Of a stretch of 64,000 bases of DNA, positions 1-10,594 are shown in pieces. A program made the translations under genes and the position numbers. The DNA comes from Podarcis pityusensis (Eukaryota): assembly GCA_964106645.2 (NCBI GenBank), contig OZ067042.1, one strand, 5' to 3'. Below the pieces are notes generated by a model, which was not told where the DNA came from, made no database searches, and was given only the letters and a program-made list of their open reading frames with translations. The first letter of the stretch is position 1, and each line of letters begins with the position of its first letter.

Positions 1-3000
1 TTGGGGGGGGGGGTGAATAGGATCTGTATAAGATCTTGCATAGCACCCATTCATTTCCATGGGATTTATACATGATTTATTGGCACACTGTACTCAAAGT
101 AAGGTGGGGAAGGGGAGGTCTGAAAAAGATGTGCATTTTCTGTGCTGTGGATGAGTACAGAAGAAGAACGTATAATGTCCAGTCAAGTATAAATCTGGTC
201 TATATGCCTATCTGCCTATATGCAACAGGTTACATAGGTCAAGAAGCAATTATGGGTACAGAATTCCTCAAATAGGAAGGGGTAGGATGTGCTTTTTGGT
301 TTTTAGTAAACATATAGCATTCTGGGTTGTCCTAAGTCCTATTTACATGTTACTCTCAAGTAGGGCATATCCATGTTGACTATGGGAAGCGGTTGTGCTT
401 TTATCCCTTGTCCACACCATTGGGTCTTCTCCATGCAACAAGAATGTGTGCACACAGTTGTCTGCAGAGAAATTCACATGCACAACCACTTACTTGTGTG
501 CTGAGGTTGCACAAGTTTTCATGGAGGCCTCACATTCAAACAGGTGTTCATGCATCAAAATTTATCTGCGCACAACCACACACAACACAGTTGTTGCAGT
601 GAGAAAATCTGATAGTGGAGTTAAAGGCTAGAGATTATTTGCCACCTGTCTGGAATATTTCAGTTAAGTCAGTACCATACTTAGGGCAGGACCATCCCAA
701 TGTTGTTAGATTCCAAACCCCATCAGTCCTAGCCAGCATGACCAATGCACAAAATTAATGGGAGTTGTAGTCCAGAAACATCTGGAGATTTGCACGTTCC
801 CCACTCCTGATTCAGCGCAACTATCTAGAAGGAAGTTCATAGAAGTCAAGTTCCCCATTTCTTCCACCCTGTACAGCCCCCTGTGCCCCTGCAAAGCTTA
901 TCCAGAGGGTATTGTGGGGGGTGTCTGTCTTATTCTGGGCGGTTCTGTCCTCCCACAGCAGTATCCCTGGGTCCCATCCCACATTTTTTAGGAGGGACTC
1001 CTGGTTATCTGTAGAAGTTTTTTTTCTGGGGCAACCAGGTGACTAATAGGGGGGGAGTGAAGAGGAAATATCTGTCCATGAAATTCCTTCTGTACACATA
1101 TCTAAGGATCCAAGAAATCTACTGTTATTACTTCCTCTTTCCTGACCTAATTGGCAGTTCTGCCAAACCAAACTTTGATACCTCCACAGTTGAAAGATTC
1201 ATTAATGTATAAAATCAAATGAACGTAGGGGGAAATCCAAACACTTAAAATAGTACCAAGAAATTTGTCACACAGCACAGAAGCTATCAATATCTTTCCC
1301 TAGCTACCTAGGAACTTATTTATTTATTTCTCATGGAAACCACTGATAGCGATAAAACCTTCAGATATCCATCTAGAGGAGAAACAGTCATTTAAAATGT
1401 ACTAAGATTAACATCCCGGCAATTAGTTTTCCTGTGGTGTCTCTTTACAATCATCATTAAACATGTTCAGGGAAAAGTATTTTCAATCAATGCTCTTTTC
1501 TCAAATGCTTCTCTTTTCTTAAATATAGTGGCAGTTTGATTCTTCTTTCTCAATGCATCTTCATCCTAAATGCTATGTATACAAGTACAAATTAAAAACA
1601 ACTTCATCAAGCACTACTTTTGCACCCAAATGTATATGAATCTCTGACTCGGGTATCAGCCCTAACATAAGCAACAGCAGCAGCCCCAAATACTCAAACT
1701 GCTGGGCTAGATCAGGTTATCTCATTTAACAGTGGTCAGTAAGAGAACCCTAGCAAATTGACAAGCATGATATACTGGAGATAACATGCCTTGTTGTTTA
1801 TCCCCATTATTCAATACTGAAAACTAAACAAGAAGACTGCATTGTAAGCTGTCATGGTTCTTATACATTGATAGATCTGTCCATTGATAGATCTTTCCCC
1901 AAGGATAAGACATACTATACCTGCTGCCACATGGAAAATGCATAAAATAGCACACCCACAAGCATATTTAATCAGAAGTAAGTCCTACAGGGTTCAATGG
2001 ATCCTACTCTCTAAGTAGGTGTAGGATTTCAGCCTTAATCACTTAGCCACAGAAGGATTGTCATCAAAACAAAACAAAACAAAACAAACCTTGGTGAGCC
2101 ATGCAGTGGCTAGACAAGTGGTGGGACCAATTTTTTCCAGATCAACACAAATGATTTGTAGTAGCATAGAGGCAATTTTGTGGTAGTGGTGAGCCACTGA
2201 ACGTGACAGACATCTTATCACATGGAGCAGCTTTTCTACAGAGAAGTCATTTCCAGCTTAGCATCCTCTAGATGTAATGGACCACAATTTTTGATGGATG
2301 ATTGGACCATCATACTTCCATTTACTATATAGTGGCCTTTCCCAACCCAGTCCTGGGGCCACAATTCTTGTCAGCCCTAGTCAGCATGGAACATCTGAAA
2401 GGCAAAGGGCTGGGAAAGGCTACAGTAGAGTAAATGGAAAAAGCGGCCAAGGGGCTATTACCAGGTCGGGCAGAATCTCTTAGAAAGCTTTTGGAAAGGT
2501 ACTGGTAGCTCTGTCATGAGGCCAAATGAGGGTGGCAAATTTGTTGCTTTGCTTGTTTGCCTTGCTGTCCCCTTCAACCACCCAGCTAGTGCCATCCGCC
2601 TAGGTGTTGTTGTTTTTTGTTTGTTTGTTTTTTATTATATTTTGTTGGAAGCTGCCCAGAGTGGCTGGGGAAACCCAGCCAGATGGGTGGAGTATAAATA
2701 ATAAATTAATTTTTAAAAAATAAGTAGAAGTATATGGCACTCTGGAATCATTTCATGCTCTCCAGTATGAGCCTCACTTGCTCATCCCTTCTTGTTAAAT
2801 GCTTTGCTACTGCTAACATGGCAACAATGCTGGCCACATCTCAGTCTCTGGCTCTCCTTCCCCACTGTCTCACTCAGGGCTGGGGGATCCTTCAGAGCAA
2901 AGCATTATGGGTAAGGTGGCCCAGAAAATTGCCTGCACTGTCAGTTTTCTCACCATGGTTAGAAATCCTTTTTTAAAAATTACTTAAAAACTTTAAAGTT

Positions 3001-4281
3001 ACTATAGTAACTTTTGACAAGTTTTTGTAATAATGGGAAAAGAATAGTTAGCCACTTCCTGGCCATCCTGCCCAGGATGCCTGCCCTTCCTCATAGTGTA
3101 AAAAGGGGGAGGGGGGCAGATGCTGAGATATGGCCAGCACTGCCTCTGTGTCAGCAACAGCAACACAGTTAAGTGGTAAGCCAGGGAGAGAGGACAAAGA
3201 AGGGCCAGAGATGCCCGCCTCAGGTAGCACAATGTCTCATGTAACCACTGGACCACATTCCAAAGGATCCATCCAGCAGTTACTCAGAATGATGAAAGAT
3301 AACATTCTGGGCCAGCTAGAATCAAGCTCTGCAGCAACTCCATTAAAATATATATGTTTCCCTTGTTCTATAACTAAATGTCCTCCAGAATTAAACGACT
3401 ATATTTCTGACATTTTTTATTTCAGTTTTTCCTTTGGAATCTTGATAGATGTTTTAGACTTTTAGAGTCATCAGGCTGTCTGCCTTGGTATCATCTGTTT
3501 GCCTCCCCCCCCCCCCCGTTTATTAGGAGTTGTTCTTCTATTCCCTACCACTATCTAGTTTATTTTTTTCATTTATTTTAATATGTGTCCCAAAACATAA
3601 TGTTTAGTGAGGTGTGTTAAGAAAACGACTGATGGATGCACTCTGAGGGCACACTTTATGACCTAGTTTGTACACTATAGTTTATGGGCAAATTAAAAGA
3701 AAAATGCATTCTATCAGTTGTACCTATTGCAGAAACTCATAAATGAAGGGCAAGGCAGCAAAAGACAAGGTATACATATATTTCTCATGGTTCAGTCTCA
3801 AGAAAAACAACAACACCTCACCAAGCTCTAAGACTATGTTTGCCGACTGTAAACTTAGTGACATAGAGGCAATTTCTCAGCTGGAATCATTTTCCCATCA
3901 AAGACTAGCAATGGGGAGACCATCTGGATCCAATACAAAATTAATAATAAAAAAGTGATTAATTTTGCAATAACAACAGCCAGATGGTTAGAATTAGTTG
4001 CTATTTGCAGGCCAGGTGGGGTGGGGTGGGGACCTTCTTCAGACCATTCTCCCTCATGGGCAACCTCCCAGGGAGAACTGGCCAGCTGGGATGGGGGAAA
4101 AATTCTATTCCGTTCACATTTAAAGCCAAATTTACCAAATTTGCACTTTCCATAACAATATGAGAATTGAAAAATAGCCATCCATCAAAATCTGCACTTG
4201 TCTGTGATGCATATCAGGGGGAGATGCACATGAAAATGAATCAATTAGTGAAAAGAAATAATGCATTATATTAAGGAAAAT

Positions 4282-4797
4282 TAGAATCATAGAGTTGGAA
4301 GGGGTTCTGGGGGACATTTAGTCCAACCCCCTGCAATGCTGGAATCTCAACTAGATCATACAAGACTTATGGCTATACAGTCTCTACTTAAAAACCTCTA
4401 ATGAAGGAGAGTCCACCACCTGTCATGGGAGTCAGTTCCACTGTCAAACAACTCTTATTGTCAAAAAGTTCTTCCTGATGTTTAATCAGAATCTCCTTTT
4501 GTGTAACTTGAACTCATTGGTTTGGGTCCTCCCTGCTGGCGCAGGAGAAAACAAGCTTGCCCCATGCTCCATGTGACAGTCCTTTAGATATGTGAAGATG
4601 GCTATCATATCTCCTCTCAGTCTCCTCTTTTCCAGGCTAAACATACTTAACTCCCTCAATCATTCCTCATAAGGCTTGGTTTCCAGACACTTTTAGCATC
4701 TTGGTTTTAGCATCCTCTGCACATGTTCCAGCTTGTCAATATTCTTCTTAAATTGTGGTGCCCAGAACTGGACACAGTACTCCAGGTATAGTCTGAC
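4282..4797 (-). mobile_element. CR1 LINE 3' fragment
   Basis: Reverse of the CR1 tail (CCTTCCAACTCTATGATTCTA). Minus-strand frame gives [24 protein letters not shown]. Confidence 0.8.
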
Positions 4798-5804
4798 AGA
4801 TATTTCTGTGTATGTATATTAAATCCAGAGCAGCCGACATCCATGTGAGCCATTTCCCATAGTCCTCGATGTACTACACGCATGCATGGAACTTTCAGGG
4901 CGACACCTGAAAACCAGTGTGGTGACCCCATACTGCATTTTCTGGATGTCTTCTTGCACATTAAAAATCCCAAGACAACATCCATTCATTAGCCTCACTT
5001 AGAAGATTAATTACAATGACCTACTTCTGATTAATCTTGCTAGATTTCATGCAGTCAATTGCACATTGAGATTAATGTTATCTCCCCACAATGCCCAATG
5101 CTTTGTTTGGACTATTACATTTTAAGTTATTTATTTCTTGATGGTTTCAGCAGATTGTACTGTATAGGGTTCAGTTTATGTTGCTCTCTACAGCTAAGAA
5201 GAATAACAATGTAGCATACATACCTGTTAACAGAAACTTGGAAAACTGAGATTGAAACAGTAATGAGGGACACTTCTAATGGGCAACATTTACCCATCAC
5301 ATTAGCCAGTCATTAAAAGGTTCTCACTATACTTGGAGAACTACTATTTGTTATTCCTCCCCCCCCCCCTTTTGCATACCTTTCTCTCTGACAAACACCA
5401 GTTTACATAGGTGAGCAATTCCTCTGTCAACCTTGATTTATAAATGCATCTATTTTATTATTATTTTTTAATAATATTTTTTATTGCTTTTTTTCCAAAG
5501 TCAAGATCCATCGTCAATTTACACAACAAAAGCAGTTTTACAAAGAAAAAGAAAAAGTTAGAAAGAAGAAAATTCACTTTTCCACATCTTTTTTCATAAT
5601 CAACTGGACTTCCCCAGATCTTCCATCCCTGCATTCTTTACAATAAAAGAATATTATACAGCAAATTAATACCTTATTTCATATGTTTTTGTACTTTCAT
5701 CTATCTATATATTCTAAATTTAAACTTTTCACCGTCATGACTTAATTTCAATCATTTTCGAATCTCAATACTGAAGCATGTTTTTCTCAAAACTTAGCAA
5801 ATTC

Positions 5805-8800
5805 TCAACTTTCATATAGCTTATAATGTTTTTGTAGATAGTCCTTAAATTTTTTCCAATCCTCTTCCACTGCCTCTTCTCCCAGGTCTCGAATTCTGCC
5901 CGTCATTTCGGCTAATTCCATATAGTCCATCAGTTGCGTGTGCCACTCTTCCAGTGTGGGTAACTCCTGTGCCTTCCAATATTTAGCTATAAGAATTCTT
6001 GCTGCTGTAGTTGCATATAAAAAGAAAGTTCTATCTTTCTTTAACACTCTCTGGCCCACAATGCCCAGGAGGAAGGCCTCTGGTTTCTTGTTAAAGGTAT
6101 ACCTAAATACCTTTTTCAACTCATTATAAATCATTTCCCAAAAGGCCTTCACCCTCGGGCATGTCCACCAGAGGTGAAAAAATGTTCCTTCAGCCTCCTT
6201 ACATTTCCAACATTTATTGTCTGACAAATGGTATATCTTTGCGAGTTTGACTGGGGTCATGTACCACCTGTACATCATTTTCATAATGTTTTCTTTTAAG
6301 GCACTACATGCCGTAAATTTCATACCGGTGGTCCCTAACCTTTCCCAGTCTTCAAACATAATGTTGTATCCAATGTCTTGTGCCCATTTTATCATGGCTG
6401 ATTTAACCATCTCATCTTGAGTATTCCATTTAAGCAACAAGTTGTACATTCTTGAAAGCACTTTCGTCTTAGGTTCAAGTAATTCCAACTCTAATTCTGA
6501 TTTTTCCACCTGGAAACCAATTTTTTTGTCCTTTTTAAAGATCTCTAAAATTTGGGCGTAATGAAACCAGTCTCGCACCTTTCCTTTCAATTTTTCAAAA
6601 CTCTGCAACCTCCAAGTGTCACCTTCTCTTTCTATTATTTCACAATATTTTGCCCAGCCACCCCCCATATTAAGTATTTTTGTGGCCTTAGCCTCCATCG
6701 GTGATAACCACCTCGGAGTCTTGTTTTCGAGTAAGTCCTTGTATTTAGTCCAGACAGTGAACAAAGATTTCCTGACAATATGGTTTTTAAACATCTTATG
6801 AGACTTCACCTTGTCGTACCACAAATATGCATGCCACCCAAAAGCATTGTTAAACCCTTCCAGATCTAGGACATCAGTGTTTTCTAACAAAAACCAATCT
6901 TTCATCCAGCAGAAGGATGCAGCTTCATAATACAACCTTAAGTCCGGCAGGGCAAATCCCCCTCTTTCCTTTGCATCTGTTAGTATTTTAAATTTTATTC
7001 TGGGCTTTTTGCCCTGCCAGACAAACTTCATAATGTCCCTCTGCCACTTTCCAAAACACTCCACTCTGTCCACGATCTGCAGGGCCTGAAACAGAAACAG
7101 CATTCTTGGCAATACATTCATCTTAACTGCAGCAATTCTTCCCAACAAGGAAAGTTTCAATCTTGACCAAATTTCTAAGTCCTTTTTGATTTCAGACCAG
7201 CATTTTACATAATTGTCTTTAAATAGATTCAAATTTTTCCCGGTCAAATTAACCCCCAGATATTTCACTTTTTTAACCACATTTAATTCTGTTTCCTTTT
7301 GAAACCCCTCTATTTCTGAAGGTGTCAAGTTTTTTGCCAAGACCTTAGTTTTTTGTTTGTTTAACCTAAATCCCGCCACCCGACCAAACTCAGAAATTAG
7401 TTCTAAAGCTCTTTTTGTGCTGGATTCTGGCTCCTGTAATGTCAAAACCAAATCATCTGCGAAAGCCTTCAGTTTATATTGTTTTCCTCCGACCTGTATT
7501 CCTTCCACCTGCTGGTCCTTCCTGATCAAGTTAAGCAACACCTCCAGGACAGAAATAAATAGCAAGGGTGATAAGGGGCACCCCTGTCGTGTTCCTTTTT
7601 CAATTTTAAACTCCTCTGTCACCACATTATTTACTATCAATTTAGCTTTTTGCTCTGAATAGATTGCTTCAATACCATTTTGGAACGCCCTTCCCACTCC
7701 CATCCCTTCCAAATTTTTCTTCATAAACTTCCAAGATATATTATCAAAGGCCTTCTCCGCATCTATAAAAATCAAAGCTGCTTTTGTATTCAAATTTGTC
7801 TGCAATAACTCCAAAACATCAACAATATTCCTGATGTTGTCAGACAAATGCCTGCCAGGGAGAAAGCCTGCTTGGTCTTTATGAATTACTTCTTTTAAAA
7901 CTTTTTTCAGTCTATTTGCCAAGATATCAGCAAAAATTTTATAATCCACGTTTAGGAGTGAGATGGGACGGTAGTTCTTAAGTTGAGTCTTTTCAGATTC
8001 CAATTTTGGTATCAAAGTGATGAATGCCTCTTTCCACGATTCTGGTGCCCCCTTCCCTTCCATAATTTGGTTACATACCTCCATTAATGGTTGAGCCAAA
8101 TATTCCTTCAATGTCTTATAATATTTGGAGGTAAGTCCATCTGGGCCTGGGGATTTGCCCAATTGCATGTTCTGAATGGCACTTTCAATTTCCTGTTGTG
8201 ATATTTTATAATTCAGGGCTGTTTGTTTATCTTGTGTAAGTTTTTGCAGGCCATGACTTTTTAAGAATTTATTTATCTCCATCTCCACTTGGGGTCCTTG
8301 AGTGTACAATTTTTTAAAATATCTCTGGAAGCACTTTCTAATTTCTTCTGGTTTCTGAATACATTCTCCTTCAACCTCTAGATTGGTAACAAAGTTCAAT
8401 CTTTGTCTCTTTTTCAGCTGCCATGCCAGCAGCTTCCCACATTTATTAGCCGATTCGAATGATCTTTGTTTCATCTGTTTAATTTTCCATTCAATTTCTT
8501 GATTTGTCAGTTTCACATATTGTGCTTGATGGAATTTTATTTCTCTTAAAACCTCTTTTGATTTTGGATTAAGTCTCAACTTTTTCTCTCCGTCTCTTAT
8601 CTTCTCCAAAATCTTGTCCTTTTTACCATTCCAGAGTTTTTTCTTAATAGTATTCTGTTGTATCAGGAACCCTCTCATAACAGCTTTACTCGCATCCCAG
8701 ATTGTTTTCTTTTCCACCGAAGTGTTCAAATTTATCTCAAAATAATCTTTCATCGTTTTTTGGGCCTTCTTCACAATCTCCTGATCTCTAAACAAGGAGT

Positions 8801-9545
8801 CATTCATTCTCCATCTGAAGGATCCAGCTGGTGTAAGTCTTAAGTCTATTTTCAAAGCATTATGGTCGGAGCAAGTTTTGGGGCAGATCTCTATTTTTTT
8901 AGTCTTAGGAGCCAGTCCTCTAGATGTCCAGATTTGGTCGATTCTTGTCCAGGATAGGTGGGCCTCAGAAAAGAATGTTCCCTCTTTACCTAGAGGGTTC
9001 TTTGTCCTCCAAATATCAATCAAGTCCATATTGTCTGTAAGTTCAAAAAAAGTCTTTGGTAGTCTGCCATCTTTAGTCAAATTTTGATTTTGTGACTTAT
9101 CCATATGCGTGGAGACAACCCCATTCATATCTCCCATCAGAATGATGTTAGTATAGTCAATATAGTCCAGCATTATCTCATGCAGCTTCTTATAAAATTC
9201 CGATTTCCCCTCGTTTGGTGCATAAATTCCTACTATCAGAAATTTTTCTCCTTGTGATTGTATTTCAATCGCCAAAATTCTTCCTTGTTCGTCTTTAAAC
9301 ACAAATTTTGGTGCTAGGCTCTCCTTTGCATATATCACAACTCCTCTTTTTTTGACTTTATCTAGTGATGTAAATTCTTGGCCTAGTCTCTTGTTGGTTA
9401 GTACTCTTCTATGGAGCCTAGTTACATGAGTTTCTTGAAGACAGATGACGTCTAATTGTTCTTTCCTCAATATATGAAAAATTCTCTTCCTTTTCTCTGG
9501 GGAATTTGCGCCATTAATATTCCAACTAAGAAGCTGCAAAGACAT
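5805..9545 (-). CDS. L1 ORF2p (1246 aa from the ATG at 9545): APE endonuclease, reverse transcriptase and CCHC zinc knuckle
   Basis: EN motifs SWNING, LQETH, IYAPN, GDMN, RIDQI, SDHNA. RT motifs KSPGPDG, YRPISLLNVDYK, DAEKAFD, RQGCPLSPLLF, FADDL. Zinc knuckle CWKC...HLWWTC. A 14-nt spacer separates it from the ORF1 stop. Confidence 0.95.
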   Translation of the reverse strand: MSLQLLSWNINGANSPEKRKRIFHILRKEQLDVICLQETHVTRLHRRVLTNKRLGQEFTSLDKVKKRGVVIYAKESLAPKFVFKDEQGRILAIEIQSQGEKFLIVGIYAPNEGKSEFYKKLHEIMLDYIDYTNIILMGDMNGVVSTHMDKSQNQNLTKDGRLPKTFFELTDNMDLIDIWRTKNPLGKEGTFFSEAHLSWTRIDQIWTSRGLAPKTKKIEICPKTCSDHNALKIDLRLTPAGSFRWRMNDSLFRDQEIVKKAQKTMKDYFEINLNTSVEKKTIWDASKAVMRGFLIQQNTIKKKLWNGKKDKILEKIRDGEKKLRLNPKSKEVLREIKFHQAQYVKLTNQEIEWKIKQMKQRSFESANKCGKLLAWQLKKRQRLNFVTNLEVEGECIQKPEEIRKCFQRYFKKLYTQGPQVEMEINKFLKSHGLQKLTQDKQTALNYKISQQEIESAIQNMQLGKSPGPDGLTSKYYKTLKEYLAQPLMEVCNQIMEGKGAPESWKEAFITLIPKLESEKTQLKNYRPISLLNVDYKIFADILANRLKKVLKEVIHKDQAGFLPGRHLSDNIRNIVDVLELLQTNLNTKAALIFIDAEKAFDNISWKFMKKNLEGMGVGRAFQNGIEAIYSEQKAKLIVNNVVTEEFKIEKGTRQGCPLSPLLFISVLEVLLNLIRKDQQVEGIQVGGKQYKLKAFADDLVLTLQEPESSTKRALELISEFGRVAGFRLNKQKTKVLAKNLTPSEIEGFQKETELNVVKKVKYLGVNLTGKNLNLFKDNYVKCWSEIKKDLEIWSRLKLSLLGRIAAVKMNVLPRMLFLFQALQIVDRVECFGKWQRDIMKFVWQGKKPRIKFKILTDAKERGGFALPDLRLYYEAASFCWMKDWFLLENTDVLDLEGFNNAFGWHAYLWYDKVKSHKMFKNHIVRKSLFTVWTKYKDLLENKTPRWLSPMEAKATKILNMGGGWAKYCEIIEREGDTWRLQSFEKLKGKVRDWFHYAQILEIFKKDKKIGFQVEKSELELELLEPKTKVLSRMYNLLLKWNTQDEMVKSAMIKWAQDIGYNIMFEDWERLGTTGMKFTACSALKENIMKMMYRWYMTPVKLAKIYHLSDNKCWKCKEAEGTFFHLWWTCPRVKAFWEMIYNELKKVFRYTFNKKPEAFLLGIVGQRVLKKDRTFFLYATTAARILIAKYWKAQELPTLEEWHTQLMDYMELAEMTGRIRDLGEEAVEEDWKKFKDYLQKHYKLYES

Positions 9546-9559
9546 CCTGGAACAATTTG

Positions 9560-10594
9560 TCAACCGATGGGGTTGTCTCCCTTGTCGTCTGTATCCAGAG
9601 GTGGATCTGGTTTTGCACCAGGCGTAGGGGGTGGCCAAGTACCTATTGTTCCCTTCCGAAGGTCCTCCCCGTAGTCGTTTAGGAACTTTTCTTGCTCCTC
9701 TGCTGTTCTAATTTTTACCTTCTTCCCTTTCACACTGAAAGATAGTCCTTGAGGGAATTCCCACCTGTATCGGATTGAGTTGTTTCTCAACAAGCTTGCC
9801 AGATCTTTATATGTAGTTCTTAAATCCAACAACTGTTTTGGTATATCTCTAAAGATTTCTGCTGTCTTTCCCTGTATCACCAATGGATTTTTAAAATGTA
9901 GGCCGAGTATGTTCTCTTTTTCTTGCTTGTATCTCAAAATGATCAAGCAGTCTCTTGGTTTGTCCTTCTTGGCCACTCTTCCCAGTCTAAAGGCGGTGAC
10001 GATTTTAAAATCCTTCTCTTCTGCCAAGCCCCAGAACTTGGATATTTCTGCTGTCAAATAGCCAATCAAGTCTTCTTTTTCTAATTCTGGGATATTTCTA
10101 AGCCTAAGATTGCTTTCCCTGTTTTTCAATTCTGCCATGGACAGATACGCTTGCTGTTCAGTAACCTGTCTGCTCAGTGGTCTTACTTCCCCTCTAAGTT
10201 CCTCTATCCTTTTTTTATTTAGGTCTGCTTTTGTACTTGCTTCCTCGGCTAATTTTCGATTTTCTGTTATACTTTTTTCAAAATTTCCTATTGCCTGTGT
10301 ATTTTGGGCAACTTGGTCTGTCAATCTGTTTATTGTAGCTGTCACCTGGTCGAATTTGGTCGCTTGTTCATCTGCTTTCTTGTTTAAAGCCGCCAGCTGG
10401 TCCAATATTTCTTTAGAAACAGGGTCTAGCCCTCCTGCAGCCATATCCCCAAAAGCTGGCTGTTTAGATTGGCCTTCTTGTAGACCTGTCACAATTGGAA
10501 CAGATGATCTACGTAGCTGCACAGGCAAAGTTGATTGCAACAGTTCAGTTTGTTTTGCTTTCTTAGCAGCCCTTGTTTTTGCTGCACCACTCAT
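9560..10594 (-). CDS. L1 ORF1p (344 aa from the ATG at 10594): coiled coil plus RRM/CTD-like nucleic-acid chaperone
   Basis: Heptad-like region (ILDQLAALNKKADEQ...), NRESNLRLRNIPE motif, AFRLG...KPRDCLI and IFRD motifs typical of L1 ORF1. The 10609 start in the ORF track is a TTG. Confidence 0.9.
   Translation of the reverse strand: MSGAAKTRAAKKAKQTELLQSTLPVQLRRSSVPIVTGLQEGQSKQPAFGDMAAGGLDPVSKEILDQLAALNKKADEQATKFDQVTATINRLTDQVAQNTQAIGNFEKSITENRKLAEEASTKADLNKKRIEELRGEVRPLSRQVTEQQAYLSMAELKNRESNLRLRNIPELEKEDLIGYLTAEISKFWGLAEEKDFKIVTAFRLGRVAKKDKPRDCLIILRYKQEKENILGLHFKNPLVIQGKTAEIFRDIPKQLLDLRTTYKDLASLLRNNSIRYRWEFPQGLSFSVKGKKVKIRTAEEQEKFLNDYGEDLRKGTIGTWPPPTPGAKPDPPLDTDDKGDNPIG

Noticed and set aside
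9546-9638. N-terminal extension of ORF2 (MATPYAW...) overlapping ORF1
   Set aside because: The start at 9638 is TTG. The first ATG (9545) directly precedes the EN motif SWNING.
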